Assembly: GCA_001643675.2 (NCBI GenBank)
Contig: LSRY02000060.1
Location: 186,001-250,000, forward strand
Direction: 5' to 3'
Length of the DNA: 64,000 bases
Source of the DNA: Monocercomonoides exilis PA203
Taxonomy: Eukaryota; Protista; Preaxostyla
Positions 13,301-24,113 of the stretch are shown one piece after another. Position numbers and translations under genes: made by a program. Within the stretch, counting starts at the first letter, position 1. Every line of letters starts with the position of its first letter. The notes beneath the pieces were generated by a model. It saw only the letters and a program-made list of their open reading frames with translations, ran no database searches and was not told where the DNA came from.

Positions 13301-16300
13301 TCGAAGAAAACTCAACACATGATCCATTTCCTGTTGTTCGAGTCACATTGCCAAATGTTGTATTCTCAATTGTTAGTGCAGATCCACTTTTTGAAACTAT
13401 ATATCCGCCAGTTGCTAAGGAAGAGTTGTTGAATGAGCAATTTTGAATTACAACTGATCCGCTGGATGATGCGGCAATCACCCCATCATCAAAATTCTGC
13501 AGCAAAACACCGCTCAATTTGACATCAATTAGCGTGCATCCACTTTTTCGCATACGTTAATCATGCCCTTTGAGTCAAACAACATGTTTTGGGATAAGTC
13601 TGAAGAAAAATGTTGAACGCATATTCTTCCTCCACTTGCAGTGATGAATGAGTAAGTTATGTGAGAAGCATTTGAATGTTGCGTTAATGAACAGTTCCCA
13701 AGAGAAAATTCATTCATCGTCGTTTCAATAAAACTACATCTCCCATTTATCTCTCCAAGAACAAAAGTTATATTATCAATTGTTGTTGTCACTTTGTTTA
13801 TAACTATTGCGTTGTGAACAATTGGGGAAAGTGAGTGAACAAGTATTTCTGCTCCAACACGCTCCACATCAATTTCGTTCGAATCCTTATCAAAAATAAT
13901 TTCATCATCAAAAACATAGGAATTCAGAAGTCTAATTATATGCTTTTGAGAAAGAAAACGATTGCTGCATGCTGCTTCAATCGACGAGCAAGGATAATCT
14001 TGGTATCCACAGAGTCTGTAATCTGTTCCTTCATCAAGTCCACTCACAAAGGCTGGGGCAGAAAAAGTTCTCAAAAACAGGACAAGTGGAATCGCAGCAG
14101 TTGTGTTTTTGTTTTCAAATCCAGACAATTCGTCAAAAGATGAGCTGCCTGAAATGTCCACAAAAAAGCCAATTGTCCTTTTATTCACAAGTTCAGAAAG
14201 ATTCGATCCTTCGACAAACAAGTGAGATCCTTTCCATGCTTTGCATTCTTCAAATGACACATCTCCAAATTTCAATGTCCAACTATCGGAAACACCTTGA
14301 ATATACATCCCCCCTCCTTTTCCTCTATCCTGTCGTTTTGCTGGAACAGAACATTGGCTGAACTTTGCATTCCCTTTGTCACAAATACTAATTGTGTTTG
14401 TTGCATCTGTCGAGCGCAAATACATTCCTCCTCCGTTTCCAGATGAGCAGCTGCAATCTTCAAGCGTTGTGTTTGTGATGAAAAATTGCTCTGAGGAAAG
14501 CAGTATTTTTGAAATTATTGTCCCATTTCCTACAGTCCGAGTGATTTGTTGAAACGACACATTGTTGAACATTGACAGTTGAGATGACGAAGAAGTATGC
14601 TCAGTGAAAAGAGATGTTTCAATCAGAAAATTGCGAATCATCACATCTTCAAAACGCAGTTGTGAGAAAACGATGTGGAACAATGAAGATGTGAATGTTG
14701 ATGATGGCTGTTGTCCTTGCGATGAAATTATGACAGATCTCAGCACAAGTCTTCCTTGTTGTGAGATCATGGAAAATAGATGGGACGCCATATTTGAATC
14801 TGTCAGAAAATGTGTAATTCTCAATGAGTCAATGAACATAACTCCAGAAGACAGTACAAAAAGCGAATCAGAAGATGCAGACAAAGATTTTGACGAAACC
14901 TCTGAAGAATTTGATTCAGTTTCTGTGATTAAAATTTCTTTATCCTGTGTATCTACAGCAATGCGGGGATTAAACACACCAGGAAGAAGCAGAAGTTGTT
15001 GTTGTCCTTTTGAAGATGACAACTCAATAGCTTTTTCAATCGTTAAGCAGCTGCTCGTGGAACTCATCCCGCACAATGCATCATTGTCATTTCCTTCTGT
15101 TCCAACATAGCGGAAAAGATACCCGCTCAAAAGCCAATCCGGGAAGTAATATGCTGTGCCATTGTCCTTGCAAAGCCTCTGAGCCAATAAGTTGGTTGAA
15201 TAACATGATTCAAACTGGGTTTCTGCAGAGCGATTGTACGAGTCATCTAAATATATGTCGTGGCCACTTCTGCTGCTGTCACTTCTACAACTGCATTTAT
15301 CAAAAAACAAATACCTGAATAAAACCTGAGTCAGCAAGTGATGGGAATACAACCTATATCTCATTCCTCCACCCTTGCTCTCTGAACTGCATTCAAAAAA
15401 ATGGCAGTTGCTCACTATTGCACAAAGTGTTCCCGATGGCAAACTCAATCCCCCTCCGTATTGACGAGCAGTTGAACAAAAGCGAAAGTTGCAATTGAAA
15501 ATCATAATTTTTTCATCCATTTGTTTTTCTTCCTCTTTAAACAGAACACTTGTTTTCTGATTTTCAATGCAATCTTCAAACAACATTCTGTCCGTGAAAA
15601 CATAAATTCCTCCTCCATAATCCAATGTGGTGCAATTTAAGCAATTGTTATTTTGGACTGAACAGCATCCTAAAACACCTTCAACAGATATGGCACCTCC
15701 AGTCCCTGATTTGGATGAGCAGTTTTCGAAAGTTGACATTGAAAGAATTAGTGTTCCGGAATAATAGCTGGCAATTGCACCTCCATGGCCCGATGCATAG
15801 CACCCTTCAAATAAACACTGGTCAACAACAATTTCTGAATTCGGCTGCGATATGATGCATATCGCACCGCCAGACCCGTCTGCATCCCAAGATGTTGTGT
15901 TATTCACGATGCAACTATGCCATTCACATCGGATAAATCGTTTTTGTGAAGAATAAATGATCCTATCCATTGAAGAATTGTTTGTGAAGTCATCGTTGGT
16001 TGCCCGTGAGCATGAAAAAAATGAGTTGTTGATCAAAAAATGAGAAAAAGATGGATCACCGATTGTTCTGACAATGCCTCCATAAAACACATTTGAAACA
16101 TCATAAAATGAGCAACAAGAAATATGTGAAACGCCTGATGCAGGCTCTTGATTCAGCGGGATATAAGCCATCATCAGAGAAATGTTGCTGAATACCAACT
16201 TTGACAATTCATCTGCCGAAAAAGCTGACGAAGTTATAAATGGTGCAGCGGTCAGTTGAAAGGAAGAAAAAATGGAAGAACTGATAGCTGTGCTTGAATA

Positions 16301-16736
16301 TTGGTTGTTTCCTTGAAATACAGTTCTTGAAGACATCAAAGGCGGAAAAAGCTCCGGATTTCCTATAGTCCTGATCGAAATGTTTGCGATTCTTGAATGA
16401 AGAACGGAATCGAAAGGTGCAATGACAGAGGACCCTCGGCATGCAACTGTGCAAGATGCAACTGAAAGACAAGAATTCTCATGTCCCTGAATAATACTTC
16501 TTTCCACTGGCTGAAGAAGTTCAACTGATCCTAACTCTATTGAAGAATTGACAATGTGGCAGCAAAACAACACACGGCTAAAACATAACAATTATCTGCA
16601 TTTTCCACACAAGCATAAATCCATACGATAGATAGTCATTGTGAAATTGTGCCTCGAAAGAATCAGCTAACTCATTGGCGAAAAAAGTTTGAATGAATAT
16701 TGTCAGCCCCAAAATATTCATAACGATGTGTGCCAT
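4394..16736 (-). CDS. Giant (~4,080 aa) type-I membrane protein: signal peptide, beta-helix (GGA/GGG...FxxN) repeats with eight Cys modules, TM helix, cytoplasmic kinase C-lobe remnant; two frameshifts in this assembly
   Basis: The ORFs join through introns 16578-16626 (GTATGG...TTTTAG, 49 nt) and 13497-13555 (GTATGC...GCTAAT...TGCAG, 59 nt) and two single-base shifts at sense A-runs (6441-6447; 5823-5827). Signal MAHIVMNILGLTIFIQTFFA; modules such as CGYQDYPCSS, CGFIKFPCQS and CGSKSDPCKS; TM WVIIVIAMGFILLIVLIGLIVFVV; MRWKAPE...FSIGMMLWECLTLEIPFGEY...DPLQRPTL. An alternative start lies at 16766. Confidence 0.85.
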
Positions 16737-16963
16737 TCTGCTGCTTGACTGCAAAGTTTTATTCATCCAAATAAATACAGTTCAACGATAATTCAAAAAG
16801 AAATTCTAATACGAAAAGAGCAAACAAACTTTGTTTCTGATTGCCTTTTATCTGGAAAAATTGTCTTTCAGAGAACAAGGAGCAAGTTAGAAATATTAGT
16901 AAATTACTGTAATTAAGAAATATTTATTATGGCTGAAAGCAGAGTTTTTCTTATTGACTTGCA

Positions 16964-17915
16964 TTAATAAAGAAATTTCCTTGCTAATGCATCCAAATTC
17001 GGAATCTTCACTTTTATTTTTTGTTGAAATAAACATCCACTGAAGCATTGAAGGAAGGCATGACAGATGACTGATGTCAGCATGCAGAGTTTTTCTTGAA
17101 TGTCTCCTATCAATATTTCACAATCATGTCTCCTTGAAGTCAATTTGCTCTTACTCTCCGAATGAAAAAAGGAGCTTCTTCTTTTCATGTTTGATGTTTC
17201 CTTTTCCAGCTCTTTTCCGTCACGACTTGGATCATCACCAGATTTTTCTCGTGTAATGTTTTTTCCCAAATTCTTATCATTAACTTTCTATCCTTTTCTT
17301 TTTTTTTCAACAATTCTCTTAATTTTCAAATCTTTGAAGGCAATTTTCCCATTTCCTATTTTGTTTCGTGGATTATTTTGCTTTGGGGAAAAAATGTTTA
17401 TAAACTCATCTGGCAGTTTATCTAACAACTTTTAAAATCTGGTACTGATTCCTCACTTTTCGTTTGAGCAAAGAAAGCTATCAATCAAAAGATATAAAGC
17501 AACTGACATTTGCATCAATAGCATTTCACGCCTTTAAAAAACTCGCAGCGCTCTCTTGGTAATCTGTTGGGCACGAATCATTGTCAAAACGTTGTGCTCT
17601 TTCCATTTATTTGGTGAGCTTCCTTTTCAACTTTGTCAAGCCGTTCCTCATCAAAATTCACAAAGTTTCAATCTTCTTCTCCGACTCCAACTTGTTTGGC
17701 TTCTCTTTCTCCACTGACCGTTGCTATCCAAATATTTTATGCACTCCGAGCAGGCCATTCGGCAGATACTTATTTCTCGCAGCGAATAAGCCCGAGCTTC
17801 CAACAAATGGAGTGTGGAATCAAGTTCGGCGCATCTTCCCCGAAATTCAGAATGCATGCGTGTATTGCATCGCTCTTTGCAGTTGCCTCAGAACGGCAAA
17901 GCTTAACTGGCAAGA
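16964..17915 (-). pseudogene. Decayed coding-like sequence, product unidentified
   Basis: GC-elevated stretch; one minus-strand frame gives protein-like text (KLCRSEATAKSDAIHACILNFGEDAPNLIPHSICWKLG...EERLDKVEKEAHQING) broken by several stops. Confidence 0.3.
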
Positions 17916-18313
17916 ACAATGAAGAAAATAAAAAGCAGGATTTTTAATAATTTGGAAAATATGGAATTTTTTTTCCACACCAACAATTATGATCGGGTTT
18001 CAAATAATGAAGTTTCCAGATAAACTGATGGATTTTCAATTGTCAATTACGTAATGAATGCTTGAGAAATGGAAATTGAGGTTGAACATGAATTTGCTTT
18101 CATGTATTTTCGGTAAAAGAGGAAAAATAATATGGCAATAGGCCATCCATGTTAATTGGGTTGTTCAAACAATTCACAGAAATAGATAGCTACCGATTCG
18201 CCCAGCGTCCAAATCGTGATTATCATTCAGAAAATTTTAATTTATTTTTTTGCAACCATTATAAACGATATTTTGCTGGAAAGAATGTTTTGGACCCTCG
18301 GGCTGATTGCTGC

Positions 18314-21124
18314 ATGCAATATGCATCCTTTGCGCAAAAAGACAGTGAAAAATCTATTTCCTGCGCATATGAAGGGGGAGAGATGATGTATTCTTCGCTT
18401 CAAAATCAATATCTTTCTCCATATATTTATCCCCAATTGTCTTATTTGCCTGGGTATTATTTTCCTGTAGCGGAAAATAACCCGTTTGGTATGTATTTTT
18501 TTGTGATTTTTAGAAGAATTTATATCTTTTCTTTTCAAGATGGGTGTTTTTATCAATATTGTTCTCTATCAAATACGCCGTATCAAAATGCATATGGCAA
18601 CGATGGACTTTCAGCTGGCCAGTCGCATGACGGGTGGCATATGCCTGTTGCGCAAGCGACATATTTTCAGCTTCCTCCTTTGACGACTCCTTCGCATGAT
18701 GATCCCAATAAAAAAAGTGAGTTAACGAATAAAGAAAGCAAGGAACCGGCAAATCCATTTCGGCTCCGCCTTTTCTCAAGTCGGTTATTTGAGAATTTGC
18801 ATTCAGCAGGATATAAAGGCATTTCGTTCGATGGGTCAGATGCTTTTTCAAAAGAATTTGTTGATTTGTCAAAAGAAAGAAAAAAGACGATTTGGGTTGG
18901 AGGACTGCCAAAAGAATTGGAAGAAAAAAAATTGTACCAATTTTTTTCGAAATTTGGAGCAGTTGAATCTATTCGAATTATTCGAGGAAAATGCTGTGCA
19001 TTTGTGAATTTTTTAAGGGAGCTGGATTGCAGGAAAGCGATAGACAGCATAAAGCGCGGGAGCAATCCGAAGCACGAAGAAAGCATCCGAGTTGCTGAAG
19101 ACTGTGGCTTTTACGCTGACGACAGTCTGTTTGAAGAGACTGCGACGCTTCTGACTTCAAAGCCAAGCACCACAAAGCTGCATTGCCTTAGCCAGCCAAG
19201 CTCTTCTGCAGATTCTTCACGAGAAAGCGCAGCCACAGAAGAGACGCTGCAAAAAAGCGTAAATAGCTCTGTTGGCTGCCTTCAAGGAAAGCGTGGCGCG
19301 AATCAGATTGGGAATGATTCATTGTGTGGTGATGGCTTCGCCATTCAGAAAGAGCAAGCAGCAGCAGAACCAGCAGCAGCAACAGCCAAAGCAGAGCCAC
19401 CGGAAAATAGCGAATTTGGCATCAGGCACACACCTCGGCTGGAGGGCACTCGATCGGCAGAAGCTGCGCTCTCTGCTTTGGCGGAGAAGGACGAAGTTGC
19501 TGCAAAGAGTTCTGATTTTGCTGCTGAACAGAACAAACTCCAATGTCAGACAGCAGAAGCTTCCACTGAAAATTCGGCAAACACTCCAGCCGTTTCAATT
19601 TCTTCGCAATCATCATTTCATTTGCACTGTTCATCGACATCTTCATCGTCGTCTTCATCATCAACTTCTTCTTCTTCTTTGCCTTCTTCTTCTTCTTCTT
19701 GCCTTGAGGAATCCTCTTCATCCGCAGCCTCTATATCCAGCGACATTCCATCAAAAAGCACAGCAGATAGTTCAGAGTACGTACAGAGCTCTTCTTCGGG
19801 TGTACTGTCGTCAGAGCCAGACTCCATCGACACGTTCCGCTTTGCGATCGGAGGGTTCTCTCTTCTGTGCAGCTACGGGCGGATCAGCGAGGCGGAGGCG
19901 GTGCTGCGCTCTGGAGTGTTCCCTGAGGCTGTGGTTGAGGCGGAGTGGGAAGCGGGGGAGGCGCAGCGCACGCTGTGGATCCGCAACTTCCCCGCTGGCA
20001 CGGGAGAGCGGGATGTGCGGCAGCTGTTTGGGGAGTTTGGGCCGCTGGATTATGTGGCGGTGAATCAGAAGAAGCGATATGCGTTTGTAGCGTTCTTCAC
20101 GACAGAGGAGGCAGTCTGTGCAAAGCTGACAGTGGAGGCAGCACTGAAGGAAATGAAAGAGATGAAAGGAAATAAGGAAAAGGAAGGGATCGGGGAAGGG
20201 GAAGAGAAGGAAAAGGAAATTGAAAAAGGCAAACAAGAAATAGAAAAACAGTGCTGTATGCATATTGGATATGCGAAAAAGAATATTCCGTTGTATCACC
20301 ATAGTAACAACTCAGCAAGAAAGAAGAAAAAAATGAACAAAGATAAAAATGAGGAAAAGGATGAAAAGGAAGACAACCAAAATCACCCAACGAACGAAGA
20401 AATCTTTTCATTGAATCAGAACAAGAACGCTATTTTTCCTGCAGCTCCTCCGGAAAATGTTGATTTGGAGCACGTGATTGAAAAGATGGCGATGTATGTT
20501 GTGGTGAAAGGGAAAGGGTTTGAAACAAAGATGCGGGAAGAGAAGAAGCAGTTCCCGTTGTTCAGTTTCCTGCGCGAAGGTGGAGAAGGGAACGAGTACT
20601 ACAAATGGCGTGTTTTCTGTGCACTGAACGGGATTTCGGAGGAAGAAAGCGGCAAAAGAGTGATCCGATATGCACAGGGGAAGAGATGGGATGTTCCTGA
20701 GTGCTTCCTCAGCGCCAGACACCCAATAATAAGCAAAATTGTTCATCCAGATGAGGAGGAAGAAAAATGTGCTGATGGAAAGGGAGAGGCAGAAAAGGGA
20801 ATAAGAACACAAAATGATGGTGATTGCAATCGCAAACAGTCGAATTTGAAGATTGGTGATTCATCATCTTCATCAACGTCTTCTTCTTCTTCTTCTTCTT
20901 CTTCTTCTTCTTCTTCTTCTTCTTCTTCTTCTTCTTCTTCTTCTTCTTCTTCTTCCTCTTCCTCTTCCTCTTCCTCTTCCTCTTCCTCTTCCTCTTCCTC
21001 TTCCTCTTCCTCTTCCTCTTCCTCTTCCTCTTCCTCTTCCTCTTCCTCTTCCTCTTCCTCTTCTTTTTCTTTTTCTTTTTCTTTTTCTTCTGTTTCTTCT
21101 TCTTCCACTTCCACTTCATCTTAA
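18314..21124 (+). CDS. RNA-binding protein with two RRMs and a SURP/SWAP domain (splicing-factor-like, U2SURP/SR140-type architecture), poly-Ser tail
   Basis: RRM1 IWVGGLP...KFGAVESIRIIRGKCCAFVNF; RRM2 LWIRNFP...EFGPLDYVAVNQKKRYAFVAF; SURP VIEKMAMYVVVKGKGFETKMREEKKQFPLFSFLREGGEGNEYYKWRV. Probable in-frame 51-nt intron at 18489-18539. Start codon uncertain (ORF open from 18149). Confidence 0.8.
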   Translation: MQYASFAQKDSEKSISCAYEGGEMMYSSLQNQYLSPYIYPQLSYLPGYYFPVAENNPFGMYFFVIFRRIYIFSFQDGCFYQYCSLSNTPYQNAYGNDGLSAGQSHDGWHMPVAQATYFQLPPLTTPSHDDPNKKSELTNKESKEPANPFRLRLFSSRLFENLHSAGYKGISFDGSDAFSKEFVDLSKERKKTIWVGGLPKELEEKKLYQFFSKFGAVESIRIIRGKCCAFVNFLRELDCRKAIDSIKRGSNPKHEESIRVAEDCGFYADDSLFEETATLLTSKPSTTKLHCLSQPSSSADSSRESAATEETLQKSVNSSVGCLQGKRGANQIGNDSLCGDGFAIQKEQAAAEPAAATAKAEPPENSEFGIRHTPRLEGTRSAEAALSALAEKDEVAAKSSDFAAEQNKLQCQTAEASTENSANTPAVSISSQSSFHLHCSSTSSSSSSSSTSSSSLPSSSSSCLEESSSSAASISSDIPSKSTADSSEYVQSSSSGVLSSEPDSIDTFRFAIGGFSLLCSYGRISEAEAVLRSGVFPEAVVEAEWEAGEAQRTLWIRNFPAGTGERDVRQLFGEFGPLDYVAVNQKKRYAFVAFFTTEEAVCAKLTVEAALKEMKEMKGNKEKEGIGEGEEKEKEIEKGKQEIEKQCCMHIGYAKKNIPLYHHSNNSARKKKKMNKDKNEEKDEKEDNQNHPTNEEIFSLNQNKNAIFPAAPPENVDLEHVIEKMAMYVVVKGKGFETKMREEKKQFPLFSFLREGGEGNEYYKWRVFCALNGISEEESGKRVIRYAQGKRWDVPECFLSARHPIISKIVHPDEEEEKCADGKGEAEKGIRTQNDGDCNRKQSNLKIGDSSSSSTSSSSSSSSSSSSSSSSSSSSSSSSSSSSSSSSSSSSSSSSSSSSSSSSSSSSSSSSSSSSSSFSFSFSFSSVSSSSTSTSS
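20860..21120 (+). repeat. (TCT)n then (TCCTCT)n coding microsatellite (poly-Ser)
   Basis: Direct reading of the sequence. Confidence 0.95.
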
Positions 21125-22145
21125 ATCACTCAATCACGTGTTGAAATGGAAAAGCTACATACAAAACAGAGGGGAAGAAGAAACAAGTTAATTTTATTAG
21201 AGATCATTTCAATATTTATAGTCAAGTTTCCCGCAAGCAGAAATATGTGAAATATTTCTTCACTTGAAGCCACGCTCTCGAAAAGCCAGTCAACAAGCAA
21301 TTGAAAACACGTTCACAGAAGAAGATGTTTCAAGACAGGAAGATTGTCTTCAAGCAACAAGCAGAATATCTGACAAGTTGGCATCTTTTGTGAATTGTGT
21401 GAAGAATATAATGTCATCTATGAAAAAGAAGAAGAAGGAGAGGAGAGCGTCAAATAACCAACTCTGGGTATTCATTTCGATTTGATACAAAAGGATTGAA
21501 TTGAAGGCGAGAACAGAAGAAAAAGAATGACATAAATTTCATTTTGCTATTTGCATCTTTAACTTTCCAACAATTGCTTTTTTATTTCGCAATTTATCTG
21601 TTGTCTGTTTCTATCTTTTTATCTTCATCGACAATCATATTTTGATGTTTTCGAAGCGATTTCAGACTTTTCTGAGAAAACATTTCAGTTGTTTCAAATG
21701 CATTTCACAGGATCATTTGTGATTCAACAGCAAGGAAGAAAATTCTCTGTTTTGCTGTACGCCTCATTTGCCACGCCTTTTCACTTTTTCCAAAAAAAAG
21801 ACTTCCTTTTCGTTCTCAACAAAAACAGAATGTGATTATCCCTTTCACCAATACAAACAAGATAATAATTTTCTTTTTATGAAAAGGAACAAGAAACAAA
21901 CTTTTGAGCATCTTTTCAAACATTTATTTTTCAAGAAATCATAATGAAAAAAGCCAAAAATGACTTTTATTAAGGTAAATTGATCGATGGGCCAGTTATT
22001 TTCCTGTTCTTCCCGAAAAGCACAAGCGGTTGACACTGCTTCCGCTTCGTTTTCCGAAGAAAACACATCGTTTGCGTTTTTTCATTTTTTATGATTTTTG
22101 AAGCACTTTTCCTTGCAAACCAAACATGACGTTTTGGAAATTTGA

Positions 22146-23597
22146 ATGAAACTGGGTTCTGCTAAATTGACCGAAGATAGAATTTCGGAATTTCCAATTG
22201 CGCGCAAGTTTTTAAGTTTGCTCATTTTCTTTGTTTATTCTCTAATTGTGAAATTTGGTGTTTTTTTTATAAAAAAATTCATTCAGAATTGTTTAATAAA
22301 CTGGAAGATTGCAATAGGCATGAGCAAAAGCAGAAAATTAAAGAGATGAATGAAATAATAGAAGGAATGAATAAAGAAGAATTTGAATCTGTTTTCACAA
22401 AAGAACTGTTCGACAAAATTTACGAAATGATTAAAGAAAAGAAAATATCTTTGCAAAATGCATTCTTCTTGCTGAAGCGCATTTGTTATTTCATAGAGTT
22501 GAAAAATGTATGGAATCCATGCTTTAGAGGATCTTCGCTTTACAAAAGCTTTGAGAAGACAATTGTTGAGGAAAATAAGAAAATGAAAGGAAAGAATGAA
22601 AAGCTGCTTGCAGATCTTTGTGAATGCTTCGCTTTGATGAATTTCTTCATCATTTCAGATGAATTGAGTTCGATTTGCGTGCCTTGCCTTCTGAAAGTCG
22701 CCTCGAAGAAAAAGGAAAGCAAAGAAATTCAAAAAGAAGTGGAAATGGCTTTGTTGGCTTTGAGCGCAGTTGAACAATATGACGTGGTATTAATTTTTAG
22801 ATTTGTTGAATTATTTTGAGTTATTTATTGATGCATTTCTTTATTTTCATTAGGTCCAGCCTTATGCATTGCGTTTGAATGATACAATAGAAATCATCAA
22901 ATATCATCAGCAACATCATAATCTGACTCAACTTGCATATCGGTATGCTTGGGATATTCTAATTCAAAAAATATTCTTCGAAAGAAATTTGGAAGATGTG
23001 ATTGTGAATGAGCTGCATTTTGGAAGAGAAGCAAGAAGAGAACTGGAAGAGCTAACAAAGTGCGTGGATTGGAAGAGAAAAAAAGGAAAGGAAATGAACA
23101 AAGATGAAGCAAAAGAAGTGCTGGTAATCAGAAAATGGATCCAAACATTAGAGTATTTCCTTTACTCCTGCAAGCGGAGGAATGAAGAATGTATTGTGCT
23201 TATCAACAGCGTTGTTAAAGTATTTCGAGCAGCGAAGGATAATTACAGCGTTGTTAGCTATCAGTGCATTAAATCACTAAAAAATGTTACAGAAAACAAA
23301 AATTTGAAAGTTGAAGATTTTTTGAAAGGAGGAGCAGTTGATGCTGCTTTGGAGGGGATTCAGCTTCCAACAATAAGAGAAGAATGTTCAACAGAATCTT
23401 TATATTTTTTTAAATATGTTTGTGAAAAGTTGAAAGAAAAGACGGAGAATAAAATGGAAGAAGCGAAAAGAAAAGTGATGAAAAGGAAAGTGCTTGAAAC
23501 GATGGAAGAAGAAGGATATGAAGATTGCATGGTCAGTTTGGACCGTTTCATTCAGTCAAAGAACTTTTTTCAAATTTTTGCTCTTTTGGGAGATTAA
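22146..23597 (+). CDS. Member of a multicopy alpha-helical (ARM-like) hypothetical protein family, 3 exons
   Basis: Exons 22146-22215, 22287-22786, 22854-23597; introns GTTTGC...TTCAG (71 nt) and GTATTA...ATTAG (67 nt) keep the frame. Shares EQKQKI.EMN, NEKLLADLC.C, QKEVEMALLAL, VNELHF and EEEGYED with the 31414-32939 paralog. Confidence 0.85.
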
Positions 23598-24113
23598 TTA
23601 GATTATTTAGTTTATCTCTAATTCATTAGTCTTTTTTTTCCATCATCTTTTTAATATTTTCATGTCACCTGAGTATCAGCTCAAAGCGTGTCTTTTTATT
23701 TTGAGGAATAAAGAAAATGATTTGCTTTCTAAAGAATACAGCTTTTTCTGAAGAACCAATCAATTTATATTTTGAAACAAAAATTGCAAATTTAAGAAAA
23801 TAATACTGATTCCAACATTATCAATGGAAACAAACAATTAATCACAATATCCAAAATCAAAATCAAAGCAAAAAAGGTTTTCAATGTAAAACACAAAAAT
23901 GATTATATGTCTCAAAATAGAACGTTACTCGAGCAAAAGCAACAAAAACGAACATGCAAACAAATGTCAGGTTCAGTTATTTGCATTTCTCCCAAATTCT
24001 GTTCCTGTCATTCTTCATCATCCAATCATTCATGTGACTTTTTTGTTTGTTTGCTGAATCCATTAACCAGAAAATTTTAATGAATGAGTTTTCAACAAAT
24101 GCTGTGTTATTTT

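Noticed and set aside
13497-13555. Apparent third frameshift (A5 run) between the 1020-aa and 2378-aa ORFs
   Set aside because: A canonical 59-nt intron (GTATGC donor, GCTAAT branch, TGCAG acceptor) joins the frames exactly.
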